NCBI GenBank assembly: GCA_048013815.1
Contig: CM106585.1
Coordinates: 15,872,001-15,936,000 of the forward strand
Source: Setoptus koraiensis
Lineage: Eukaryota > Animalia > Arthropoda
Length of the DNA stretch: 64,000 nt
Direction: 5' to 3'
This document shows positions 37,051-49,104 of the stretch, one piece after another (within the stretch, counting starts at the first letter, position 1; each line of letters begins with the position of its first letter). A program made the position numbers and the translations under genes. Below the pieces are notes generated by a model. It had not been told where the DNA came from, searched no databases, and was given only the letters and a program-made list of their open reading frames with translations.

Positions 37051-40000
37051 TCAATTGCACTCGAGCCCTTGCTGTTGTATGATAAGTGGCTGATGATGAT
37101 TCATTGGCGGGTGGGCTGGTGGCGCCATAGATGCGCCGATATTTTGGAACTGTTGATTTTTTAATTCGGAAAAAACCTCGGCAAAAAATGACGGATCTGA
37201 ATTAAGTTTAAGCATCTTACCACTCAACATGTTTATGATGAGCAATGTACGATCCCAGAAGTTTTCATGGTCATCTTGGTCGCACAAAAACGGCTGCAAT
37301 GGATAGGATATTTCATTGCCCATATAGGAATAAGATAAATATAAACAGGTCATGATGATCGATTGCAGTTCCTGTTCCGATCCAATATCCTCTCTAATGA
37401 GATCACGCAATAGCATGTATAAGAACACAACATTTGCTGGATTTATGAAGGCAATCTCTTGCCAGCCCTGATCCGATAGAGTACGATCGACATTACGCAA
37501 CCAATCTACCGCAATGGCCGGCTGAAAGTTTTTCAGTCTTGAGCATTTCCTCATTAAAAAGTCGCCCAGACATCTCATCAATTCTGAGGTGGAGGCCTGC
37601 ATCGTTGCCGTAAATTAGTTGTAAGTGGAACAGTGGAGTGCGGATTAGCGTTTTAGTATAGTGAGAATATGATTATAAATATTACGATTATGTGATGAAA
37701 AGAGGAGGATAAACTCACCTGTATGATGATCCGCTGATGCTGCTGTTTGGGCCTCTGAGATCGTTTTCCCGATGAGCGACAACCGTTGGTTGTGTCATTG
37801 CTCACGCTTGAGGCGCTGTTGTAATTATATTTTGGGGCTTTGTTGGTCCTGTCAACGCCATAACAATTGTCATCGTGGTCAGAGCTGTTCTTCACATTAA
37901 CAATACTGTCCACATTAACCAAATTGTGTCTTCCGTTCAATTCTGCTCTCTGATCCAAATTGTAATTCACCACCTTAGAGCCACTGTTGATGTTGTGAGC
38001 ACGGTCATTATAGTCCAAGTTGGTTCTATCTTGCAGAGGATCCACATTCATACAGGTGACACTGCTGTAAACTGACTTGTCCAGCTTTGAATTAGACGAC
38101 TTGACTGCGTTGATGTTGTTGTGGTAATTATCCATTGGTCGGATCGGATGAACTACGTAAGACGACTGATGGTGATGATGGTTGTTATGACCGGCGAGGT
38201 TGCTATTGTGATGATTATTCAAATTATTGGACAAGTGAGAAAACTTTGATGACCACGTGGGAAGTATATTATAATGGTTAATGCCGCGCTGTTTAAACTG
38301 TTGCTGGAAAGATTGTTGTTCGTGGCTTTGATTGGCAAGAGTGGCCGTCGATGACGAAGAAAACCAGTGTCCCTTGTTGAAGAAAATGGTCTTGGTCTTT
38401 TTGACTGGTTGCATTTCTTGAGCGGGCGACTGGCCCAATGAGTTGGTCCTCAGCTGGCCGTTAGCAATCGGCAATAGGTTCTTTTTATCATCTGTGGTAG
38501 CCGATTTGCCATTTTCTTGCTGGAATGGGTCCCCGCTGTTGTTAATGTTACCACAATTCACATTCATGATTGTCTTGCAATTGTTATCCAACTCTATACT
38601 ATTATTGTCGTTATTACTGTGATTGTAATAGTTGTTGCTGTTGTCAATTGTTAACAAGTCTAGCTCCTTCTTTTTAACAATATTCTCGTCTAGGGACAAT
38701 GTTTTGCATAGGACACGCTGCTGATCTTGCTGATCTTGAAACTTGTGAGCCTTATCATTAATCATCTTCTGTTGTTTCACTGATGCTTGATTTCGAGCCA
38801 CTAATTCGAGCCCAATCGGCTGACCATTGTCTTCTTCGGTTGACGTTATAACTTTGCTGTTATTATTATCATCATAACTCTCTTGCTGTTGTTTATTGAG
38901 TTGAGCCTCTTGAAAGAAACTTGAGAAGCACATGCCATTGCTTCTGGGTAATAGTTTAGTTTGTTGTTGTTGTTGATGCTGCTGCTGTTGATTGTTATTA
39001 TGTATTGCAGATATATCCGTCGTTAAATCATCATTATAACCATTGTTATTTATGTGTGCCGAATTACAACTGCTATTGCTATTGTTGGGCCGCTTGTTTT
39101 TGTTGTTATCTGGCATGTTTCGAATATTATTTATAGTCAAATCACTAACAAGTGCATTGAAGGGAATTCTCTCTTGCAAACTCCTTCGTTGATTGTAATG
39201 GTTACTGTGATGGTGATGAAAGTGATGATGATGTTGACTAGCATTTGCGTACTTACAATTGTTTCCCGTGTCCCGGTGACTATTCCGATAACTAAAGTCA
39301 CCGTGGTTTCTCTTACCATGATCGTAGATCAACGATGTGGGCGCATAAGACCAGGTGAACATTGATTGTGCGGACATGTTAGACTGTGTTGAAGAGGATG
39401 CAGTCGACGATCTATTAGATAGTTTCCATAAAATTGAGGACGACGAACTAGAGAAAGAGTCGCTTGAAGACATGGATATTGTTGACGACGATGAGGAATT
39501 GTCGTGGTTGCAAGAGTTCAATTCTTGCTTGTTCAAATTGAGCTCCAGTACTTTGTTGGATAATTCATCATTGGTGAACGATTTATTCAAGTGTCCTCCG
39601 GATTTCTGGTCTTCTGAATCATTATTAAGCATTATATCGTCAGTCGGAGCGTAGTCATTAAGCGTCCTACCTGTCGTTTTGTTGTCATTTGCATTAGTAT
39701 CGACCGTACGTGAGCGACCTTGATCGTCATCTGTCACGTCTCGTTGGCCATTTTCATCTTTCGATCGGCCACCAAACGCATCGTCACATCCTTTAAGATC
39801 ATCGTCAACGTTATCATCATGAACATCATTGTCGCCATGGTCACCACGGCCACGATTGTCGTTGTCGTCATCATCGTCATTATCAGATATGTTAGCAAAG
39901 CAGTGATTTGTGACAGTTATTGTAGGTTTAAGCGATAATCTTCTTATCTTGTTGCTTGCCTTCATCTTTGATTGTTCGATGAATTGCTGATCCTGTTGCC

Positions 40001-40505
40001 GATACTGCTGATCGGGCAAAACATCGTGCGACAACCGTCTGACAAAATTTCTATACTCGTATTGATGGTCGACATGCGTTTTATCCGGCATAACAATGTA
40101 CTCTCTTTTGACAGGTGGCTCATCTCCGATAAGATTTTCGTCCTCTTCATCATAATGGTCATCGTAATTAAAAGAATCCATTATTTGTTGGCATAGCTTA
40201 TTTCTACCAAATCTGTCAAATCTCTTGCTGAGATCCATGTCGTCCTCAAAGTGGTTGCTCCTGGCCAATTTAGCCTGGCCATTTTCATTCAATTTTCTGT
40301 CGTTGTCCGATAAGACATTCTTGAATTTTAGCAAGCGCCATATATGTTTGGTTTTGATTTTTCTGACCTGGCGACTCTTGTCTCTGATCCAGCCCCAAAG
40401 ATCGGAGGCCTTAGATTTTATTTTGCTGGCCGATCTTTTATTCGGTTGCTTCGTTGGTTTGTTACGCGACTGTTTAACGGTCACCATCTCCTCGGCGACC
40501 CTCAT
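37051..40505 (-). CDS. CDK5R1: Cyclin-dependent kinase 5 activator (p35/p39 family), about 1110 aa; exons 40505-37719 and 37596-37051
   Basis: Splicing GTGAGT (37718) to CAG (37597) rebuilds RIIIQ|[14 protein letters not shown], followed by [29 protein letters not shown] and LTCLY-type [19 protein letters not shown]. The upstream part is N/Q/D/S-rich. Confidence 0.9.
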
Positions 40506-41333
40506 CTTGGTAGCTTGGTGAAGCTGAAACTGTGCGAGTTACCTGACTGCAGCGGCTGATGGCGATAGCTGGACTTATCGGCTTGACTACGCTGAAGCCT
40601 ATAACAAGATAAGACTATATCTATCTGAATGAATGAGTGTCGCGAATGGCGTAGATACTACTGAGTTGATGGGTAATTCATGTTGGCGCTTGCCTAAAAA
40701 CAACGATACACATTCAGAGCGTCGACATTGACCGTTTGACGCAAGGATCGATAGGAGGTATCGCTGGACTATTGCGGGCTATGACGGGTAGAAATGGGCG
40801 CGAGCAACTAGCCAGGTTCAGAGCCTGATAGAGGATTATTTTGTCGAGCCTATGCAAATGTTGACACCAACTAAATTGCTGGCTAGTGTGGCGAAAAGAA
40901 TCCTAGAATGTGACGTGAGAACGTGTGTTGGATTGTGGGGATCTCTCAATGTTGAAGTGATGCGATTGCTGGTTGCTCTAGTCTGTCCTGCAAAGTGGTC
41001 GCTGCTGTTTTGATTGTGTGTCGTCTTGCTGGTTGGCCAAAGCAAAATCAGTGGTATTGACTGGCCACGAGATATGTGTCTGGTCCATCAATTGTTGATA
41101 ATACAACGGCTGGCAAACAATAGTCTAAATTAGCTAATAATAGCCCTCAGTGTCCAATCGAACCCAACAATAATCCGAGCGACAAAGTTGCTTCTCTGCG
41201 CTGCGCGGAGCCTGCATAAGAGAAGCTTTGTTGGCTGAGCCACGTACAGCAAGATAGAGCGCGAGCAAACCTAAAACCTGCTGCAACCGACCATTGGGCC
41301 TCTGTTCCAGGCGCGGGCGCGCGCGCGCGCACG

Positions 41334-41369
<36 letters not shown>

Positions 41370-41618
41370 GTGAGATGATCTCACATGCTGTGCGTGTTAC
41401 TATGTTTGGCCTCAGCGTTTGGCCCACAAACACTACGCACACACACTGTGCGAGCGTCTTCACTGGTCGGTGGCACAGCCCGCTCTGCACTGGCACTGGC
41501 ACCGACTGAAGCCGAGCCAATTGTGCAATTGTGTGACACAAAACGGCGCCACCCGTAAAAACAAACACTGCTAACTGGTGGCGAGCGTGCATTCCGCAAC
41601 ATTCGGCCTAATTTATTC

Positions 41619-41682
41619 TGCAACAATAACCAATTATTTGCAACAATAATCAATTATTTTGCAACACTAATCAATTATTTTG
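41619..41682. repeat. 20-21-bp tandem repeat x3 (TGCAACAATAATCAATTATT) just upstream of the LAMP-like ATG
   Basis: Units at 41619, 41639 and 41660. Confidence 0.85.
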
Positions 41683-41762
41683 TAAATAGTCTGAGAATGT
41701 GAAACTGGTCGAAGGCGTCGGTTGACATCGATCACGAACCAAGTCTTTCATCCATTTGCAGC

Positions 41763-43309
41763 ATGGCCGGCCCCAAATTGAGGCCAGCATCGTCGGTGGG
41801 CAGCAGCAGGAGCGCCCCGCTATCGGGACCGTCGTCGCCAGTTGTATTATTGTTTCTATTATTCATTTATGACATTATCGGCCCCGGCAATCATATTCTA
41901 AATAATGGCGCCCAGATAGTGAAGCGTGCATTTGCAATGCAATCCATCGACGCACCCGATATCGAGCACACCAGCAAACAATTGGAACAACAAATCGTCC
42001 TACAACAACAACAACAACCACTAGCTCCGGGCCCCACTTGGGCTCTCGAGGCTGCCCCAGAGGCGACCAAATCCATCACTAGAATACGTCACGATAGGAA
42101 CAAATCCAATAGGAATAGCAACAACTCGCTAGCAACCTCATCTTCCACATCCGCCACTTCTACACCATTGCCTACAAGAATCAAACAAGTCGTACCGCCA
42201 TCTATTCACGCTGCCTGGGATGAATATGGAAAAATTTGTATATTGGCCAAATTTCAGGCAACATTCACAATTAAATACGAGGCAAACTCGGGCACACAAC
42301 AATTGATAGATAAATTGCCGGCTAATGCGCGCAGCAAGGGCCGTTGTGACCAATTTGACGAGCTGCCCGTGCTGGACATCATGTGGAAGGGTACGGTACA
42401 GTTTGAGAAAAACAATTTTGCCTCTCGATATATTACAACACAGGCTGATAGCATGTATTTTTTCTCTATATTCTCGCAGATTCATTCTCGTTCAGCACCA
42501 ACGGTCAAACCAAAGGAACAGGAGGCTTCACGTTTAGGATGATATTTGAGAAAATAAGCGAAGAGAATCAATGGGGAGTTCAGCAGATGCAACTACTATA
42601 CAACACTGGCCATCCGATATTCCGGGGTGCACTTGAAGGTGAGCCCGATTCTCCAGCTTGGCCTTATATTCATTAGATTCATTAGGCCTCTCAATAACTC
42701 TAACATTTTTAAAACAAAGCATCAGTACTGAATCAATCTCTCTTGATTTGATCACAAATCCACATCGTTCACAACAGGTAAAAAGAAGATTGTCAGATCC
42801 ATCAAGGGCGACAAAGTTGCTCAATTCAGAACCCTATTGAATAGATCCATGCTGTGTCCATCCCCGCCGCCAATCAAGATGTACGATAGTGACGGTACTC
42901 TTCGAGTGATCGCTCGATTATCCAACATGCAAATACAAGCTTTCGACTTCAAAGAGCCAACTTTTTCTACAGGTAATGAACCGCTGCATGCTATAACGAA
43001 TTGATTTTCTGATTGTCAGAGCTACATTGACGACGAACAGAACAGAGAGGATTCGACAAGAAAAAAAAATTAATGATTCTCATCTCTCTTTTATATCCAT
43101 AAACCATTATTTCAGCATTCATGCGTTGCGAACAGGTTAGTTTTGGTTCGGGAGTTGCTCACACATTGACATCTTCGACAGTTCGTAGCGATTCGCTGAC
43201 TTTTGCCATTGGACTCATGACTGTATTCATCGCATCCACAACAGTTGCCGGTTATGCTTTCTACAGAGCTCGTATAGCTAAAAAATATGAATACAAAACG
43301 ATGATTTGA
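41763..43309 (+). CDS. LAMP-family membrane glycoprotein, single LAMP domain (LAMP5/UNC-46-like), 377 aa; exons 41763-42390, 42522-42638, 42778-42972, 43116-43309
   Basis: CILAKFQATFTIKY, GRC, RSMLCP, MQIQAFDF and RCEQ give the LAMP cysteine pattern. It has an S/T-rich stalk, a TM helix and a YxxPhi tail (YKTM). All three introns are GT-AG, phase 1. Confidence 0.85.
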
Positions 43310-45516
43310 TTTGGCATCTGCAAATGTTTTGATCAAAAGAAGAAGAAAAGCATAGTTATAGTTTTTACGAATCTATGATGAATATATTTGTACATATTAG
43401 GAAACGCAGATGCAGTAATCATATTCAACCATGATAATTGGAACAAGCGAGAAAATCCATCGAGGTTCGACAATCCTTACACTCAAGTCTTTCATTGAAT
43501 TTTGTTACAAGTGCACAATCAATAATCGTGTAGATTAGATGTTTATGCAACACACACTCACATATGCATAAATTGTTTGTTTGTTGTGTATCTGTTAAAA
43601 CTAAAAAAGATTTATACACGGGCACACACAGACACACTCACAAAACACCGTACATAATTTAGATCCGGTAAAGATAGCGGACCTTTTCTTTTCTGTTGAT
43701 CCGACGCACCGAGTATCACGTCATTACTTTGGCCGCAATAAAAACTTAAGTTAACTTTAAGATAATTTATATAATAATATATCGTATATGATGGTTAGAG
43801 TGTAAACAAGAATAGAAACACAGAAAATTTGACTAATCTCCGGCGTGTTTGCAGATGTTTTACAGCATGTCGCTATCTTGATTGTTGGCTCATGAGTCAT
43901 GAATGTTGAACGTTGCACAATGGAACATGATAGGAATTGTAGGCCAAGTTTTGCAAGTTTGAACCGTGATTAGTTTTTTTCTTTTTCTATCGATCTTTTT
44001 GATCTTGCCAGGGCGGGAGGTGCGCTGGAGAGCGGCAACTGTTATTAGGAGCATGCAAGATTAACGATAGCACCACTATTGATATAGTCACCATGTTATG
44101 ATGTTATGATGGCGCAGGGCAATAAAGACACGCCAGATGAGTAAATGGCTGTATAGTGGCGCTGATGGATTAGTATTTAGGATAATGGACACAGTGTGAG
44201 AGGATAAACAGGATTGTTTGTTGGTGCAACACGCCAATAGTAGATATAAAAAGCCAGTCCATTGTTGTGGCTGCTTTTTGCATTGACATCGGCACCACTG
44301 GCGAGTTGAGCGTCATTGGCAGTGGAGATTTTAGTGTGTATGGTGGTTGAGATTGTGTTTGTAGGCAAGCATTCAGTGTTTAAATTTCATCAAACAACAA
44401 AGAACACACACATAAGGTGAGTTTTGTGGAATAGAGATAAAGTCGGTCAGTTGCCCAAAGAGTGTGATGGAGTTGTAAGCGAGCGAAGAGTTTGTTGTTT
44501 GTTTCAAAGTGGCGCGCCCAAATCGGAGGCATCATACAGAGTGCGAGAGCGAGTGAGAGAGAGAGAGAGAGAGAGAGCGAAAGAAAAGAATGCACAGAAA
44601 AGAATTCTGAGGAATAGAGAAGCGAAAAGGAAACGAACTAAAGCGACCAACGACGACGACATCAACAACAACGACAACAGCGACAACAACAACAAAGTCG
44701 TTGTCATTATCATATCCGACCGCTGCTTCAACGACGACGACCACGGCGGCGCCAGTTGCAGTACTGAAGCCAACTAGTGATCATCGTCGCCGTCCCGAGC
44801 AACGGCAGCATGCGAACAAATCCAGTAAGATATAATGACAATGGCAGCGCCAGTAGCAACAGTGGTAGCCTAGTGGCAAAAGGAAACAATTTGTCCAATT
44901 GAATTCGATCGAGGCCAGCGCTCACTACACAATTATGCCATCATTTACAAATTTGTGCCAGTGAATACGATTCCAGTTATACGTTAAAAATTTTCAAAAT
45001 TGATATTTATACCCGCACAATACCAATACTCAAATTATATTTCGACGACATTATTCACACAACCAGCAACTACATTATTCACACAACCAGCATCAACATT
45101 ACTGCTACCCGACGAGACAGAAACATTTATTGTTTACACGTTATATTTCTCCACACATTCTATCTCTGACTAAAAAGTCCAGAGACATATGTTGACGTTG
45201 CATAAATTGTTTACCACACAACAAATCACATAGCATTGGTGGTATTTTTTGCAGTATTTAGCCAGTTAGTTATAGGAGCTAGCATTGGCCACAGCAGCAA
45301 CTCAATCGTATGCCCGTGTTATATGACTCACACGAAGCTTGCACCTCGCAGCAATAAATCGATTATCTCAACAGCCTGACAGTTATTACATATACATTTA
45401 TATATATATATTTATATATTATTAGTTATCAGAACAAACTATTTCGAACAACAACATTTGGCGGCCAGCTATTTATTTTGAGCCAGTCATCAGTAACGGT
45501 TATTTGAATTCTAGCC

Positions 45517-47358
45517 ATGGCAACCAACAACGCGCCCTCAACCGCGAAAAAAGTGCCCATTCATTTGCAGAGCTCCCAAAATCGGTTGCTCATAAAAAAT
45601 GGACGCATCGTCAACGACGATCAAATTCTCGATGCGGACATTTTCATCGAAAACGGAACTATAGCCCAAATTGGAAACAATCTAATTGTGCCCGGCGGTG
45701 TCAGGGTGATCGATGTCAAGTCAACTACACCTCATCAAGTCAACTATATTGTTCCGGGCGGAATAGATACGCACACTCATTTACAATCGGTATTTATGAA
45801 TCAACAAAGCGCCGATGATTATTACTCGGGCACTAAGGCCGCATTGGCGGGCGGAACAACGTGTATCATGAATTTTGCATTCACATCCAAAAAGGAGCCT
45901 AGTCTCATTTATGCGTATGAACGCGAAAGAAAACTGGCCGACGAAAGGGTCTGTTGTGACTATTCACTTCACGTTGTCATTGCCGAATGGATCGAGGGTC
46001 AAACAGACAAAGAGATAGCTGCACTAGTGAACGAGTACGGCGTTAACTCGTTCAAAATATTCTTGTGCTACGACATGAAACTGACCGACAAGGCCATCAT
46101 CAGAGTTTTGGAGACCTGTCTCAAATATGGCGCTATTGTTGTAGCCCATTGCGAAAATGGTGACATAATTGAATTCAATGCCAACAAACTTATACAAAAT
46201 GGCGTCACTGGACCAGAGGGACACGTTCTTAGCAGGCCCGAATGCGTTGAGGCCGAAGCGACCCTTCGGGTCAGTATGTTGGCCGACCAGGTTGGTTGTC
46301 CAGTTATGATAGCTCATGTTATGAGCAAATCCGCCACTAAGGCCATATCTGACGAACGAACACGAAATGCGCCAATATTTGGCGAGACATTGGCGGCTAC
46401 GTTGGGCACAAATGGTACCCATTGCTTCAACAAATGCTGGCGACATGCAGCGGCACATGTTATGTCGCCGCCGCTCAGGCCCGATCCAACAACGCCAGAG
46501 TACATGATGGACAATCTGGCTGCGGGCAATTTACATATTGTGGGCTCGGATCATTTTGTTGTTAACTCTCATCAGAAGGCCCTAGGTGAAAATGATTTTA
46601 GAAAGATACCCAACGGCGTAAATGGTGTGGAGGAACGTATGATGATAACCTGGCAAAACGGTGTTAGGTCAGGAAAAATTGATCCTTGCAAATTTGTTTC
46701 AGTGACCAGCACAAACGCTGCCAAGTTATTTAATATGTATCCCAAAAAGGGCAGAATACAAGTGGGCTCGGATGCCGATCTAGTGGTACTGGGCTACAAT
46801 CCGAAAATAATCAAAGCAGAAACTCACAACTCCAAATGCGATTTCAATATTTTCGAGGGATTCAAAGTGGACTACTCACCCATTGTGGTTGTTAGTAACG
46901 GAAGAGTGGCCTTGGATCAGACTGGACTGCACGTAACTCAAGGCAGTGGTCGCTTTATTTCCAGGCAACCGTTCTCGCAACTGGCATTTGGCGCTCTCCG
47001 GTTCAAAGCGGATCTGAAACCGTCTAAAGTTGATAGGTCCACTCTTAGCCTTGAACAACAGCAAGCCTCAGCGGATTTAGTTGAGAGATTGGGTTCGTTG
47101 CAGGTGAATGTAGTAGCGGCAGGTCAAGATCCTCGCAACTTTGTTCATCAAACTCAACAGTCATCATCACCTAGGCCCAATTCAACTGATGGCAATGATC
47201 CAGATGGTTATCATTCACGACAAACAAAGAGTGGTGTAAGAAATATGCAAGACTCAACATTCAAGTTATCCGGTGAACAAATGGACGACAAACAACAAAG
47301 ATCCAACATTAGAGTCAGTGGTCAACCACCCGGTGGAAGAAGTAGCGGAATTTGGTAG
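45517..47358 (+). CDS. DPYS: Dihydropyrimidinase / CRMP family amidohydrolase (613 aa), intronless
   Basis: GGIDTHTH (HxH), GVNSFK (carbamylated Lys), AHCENG, AHVMSK, GSDH, GVNGVEERM, KKGRIQVGSDADLV and the CRMP-type tail PPGGRSSGIW. Confidence 0.95.
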   Translation: MATNNAPSTAKKVPIHLQSSQNRLLIKNGRIVNDDQILDADIFIENGTIAQIGNNLIVPGGVRVIDVKSTTPHQVNYIVPGGIDTHTHLQSVFMNQQSADDYYSGTKAALAGGTTCIMNFAFTSKKEPSLIYAYERERKLADERVCCDYSLHVVIAEWIEGQTDKEIAALVNEYGVNSFKIFLCYDMKLTDKAIIRVLETCLKYGAIVVAHCENGDIIEFNANKLIQNGVTGPEGHVLSRPECVEAEATLRVSMLADQVGCPVMIAHVMSKSATKAISDERTRNAPIFGETLAATLGTNGTHCFNKCWRHAAAHVMSPPLRPDPTTPEYMMDNLAAGNLHIVGSDHFVVNSHQKALGENDFRKIPNGVNGVEERMMITWQNGVRSGKIDPCKFVSVTSTNAAKLFNMYPKKGRIQVGSDADLVVLGYNPKIIKAETHNSKCDFNIFEGFKVDYSPIVVVSNGRVALDQTGLHVTQGSGRFISRQPFSQLAFGALRFKADLKPSKVDRSTLSLEQQQASADLVERLGSLQVNVVAAGQDPRNFVHQTQQSSSPRPNSTDGNDPDGYHSRQTKSGVRNMQDSTFKLSGEQMDDKQQRSNIRVSGQPPGGRSSGIW

Positions 47359-49104
47359 AGAGAAAGAAAAAATCTTTATGATAAGAATCTCATATTGAGG
47401 TTCTTCTGAAGATGATGGCATCATCAATCTACGTTTATACCATTTGAAAACAGTAAACCAATAAATTAACAATTATTTAACAAATCATGTCAACCTGACG
47501 TGATAAGAAGTTGTTGGTGAGCGTAACAATCATCTTTTTGCTTCGCGATCACATGATGATCTTTGTGGACGGGCGGCATCAGAAATCGGACGTCAGTGAG
47601 GGAGTTGTCGTTTGAATTTCGATATCTCCGGGACTGTTGACTTTATTTACATTCGTTGTTTCGGCTCAGGACTGAACACTGAAGTCTATCACACAATATA
47701 GCCTCTATGTGAGTTAAATGCCTCATAATAATCTGATAGTGTAAAATGTTCCAGGCGGACAAGTTGGTAGATTTGGGGTTCGGTGGGTGGTAAACTGTTA
47801 CCACTGAGTTGATTCAATGAAGGGGCTGAAATATTATCATCAAGATCATCTGGCCGAACGTTGTGAAGATGATATTCGGTGTCAAATTGATCGCTGTGGC
47901 ACTGAAAACGACAAATGAACTTGGAATGAGATTCGCACTCCTGGCGCTATTGTAGTTGATGCTGGAGCTAAAAAGAATACACCAAATCAAGTGCGAGCCC
48001 TACAAGATAACAGGCAATTTCAATCAGTCGAGCAGTCGGTATAATATGGACTGGTCGACATCTTATCATGGGCAATGTCCTGGTCAAGTTGGGAGATTCG
48101 CAATCGAAACACTTGCCGGGTTGCCTCTGATCAATTAGTCACATGTTGACATTTGTCGATGCCGAGCTAGAAATTCTTTCAACCTCGTGATGATCGCACA
48201 GGCACACGTGAGTTTTTATGTGGTTACCGGAGACAAAGCTCAGTACGCAAACTATTGAGCAGATTAATAAGTAGGGGTTGAATTTTTCCAGTTGAAACTC
48301 ACACACAACAGCGTCACCTTGTCATTTATGGCTGACCCAAATCTACACTGTGGCCAGTATTACAAGCCACAGTAAACAAATTCATTGCTTTGCATGGCAA
48401 AAGCACCAATGAATCTGGTTTTGTTGGCCGTTAGCTTGCCAAGCCAACTGACTGACTGACTGACTGACAGACTAGCCGGCTAGCTGGCTGACTGACTGAC
48501 TGAGTTACGCATCTCGTCTCGTTATGCCTCCTGTCCCTCCCCTGATGACTACTGCTAACAGGTGAAAAGGGTCTCAGTCGTGTTTGTGATTAAATGTTGA
48601 ATCGAAACAACTACTGCCTACCCAACCAACAGGCCAATTCTAATCAACAACCACAGCAACAACTTGCGCTTCTTGACTAGAAATGGCGCTGGCAAGCGAG
48701 TTGGCACCCACGCACTCTGTTACAATCAGCTCGATTTGTTTGTTTGTCTTCTTACCGTTCGCTTTCTCTCATTTTATTTTATTTTATTTTATTCCCACTA
48801 CATGTTTTGGCTAGGTGCCACTTTGAGCACCGATGGCTGTGGGCTGAAGGCTGTAGTCAAATGAAAGTTGTGAGTATGCCCAAAATGATCACTTGTCGGT
48901 GGCAGTTGTTTGTTGGCGATTCTTAGCAAACATTTATCGCGCTCGACACACAAATACGCAAACAATTCAAGTGAAAACTTTTCAATATTATCACGAACAA
49001 TATCACACTAATATTAAGTTATTGCAATAACGGCAAACATTAGCAAAGAAAGAAAGAAAGAAAGAAATGCAAGAGCCCCAATATTATATGTGAGCGTCGC
49101 CGAG

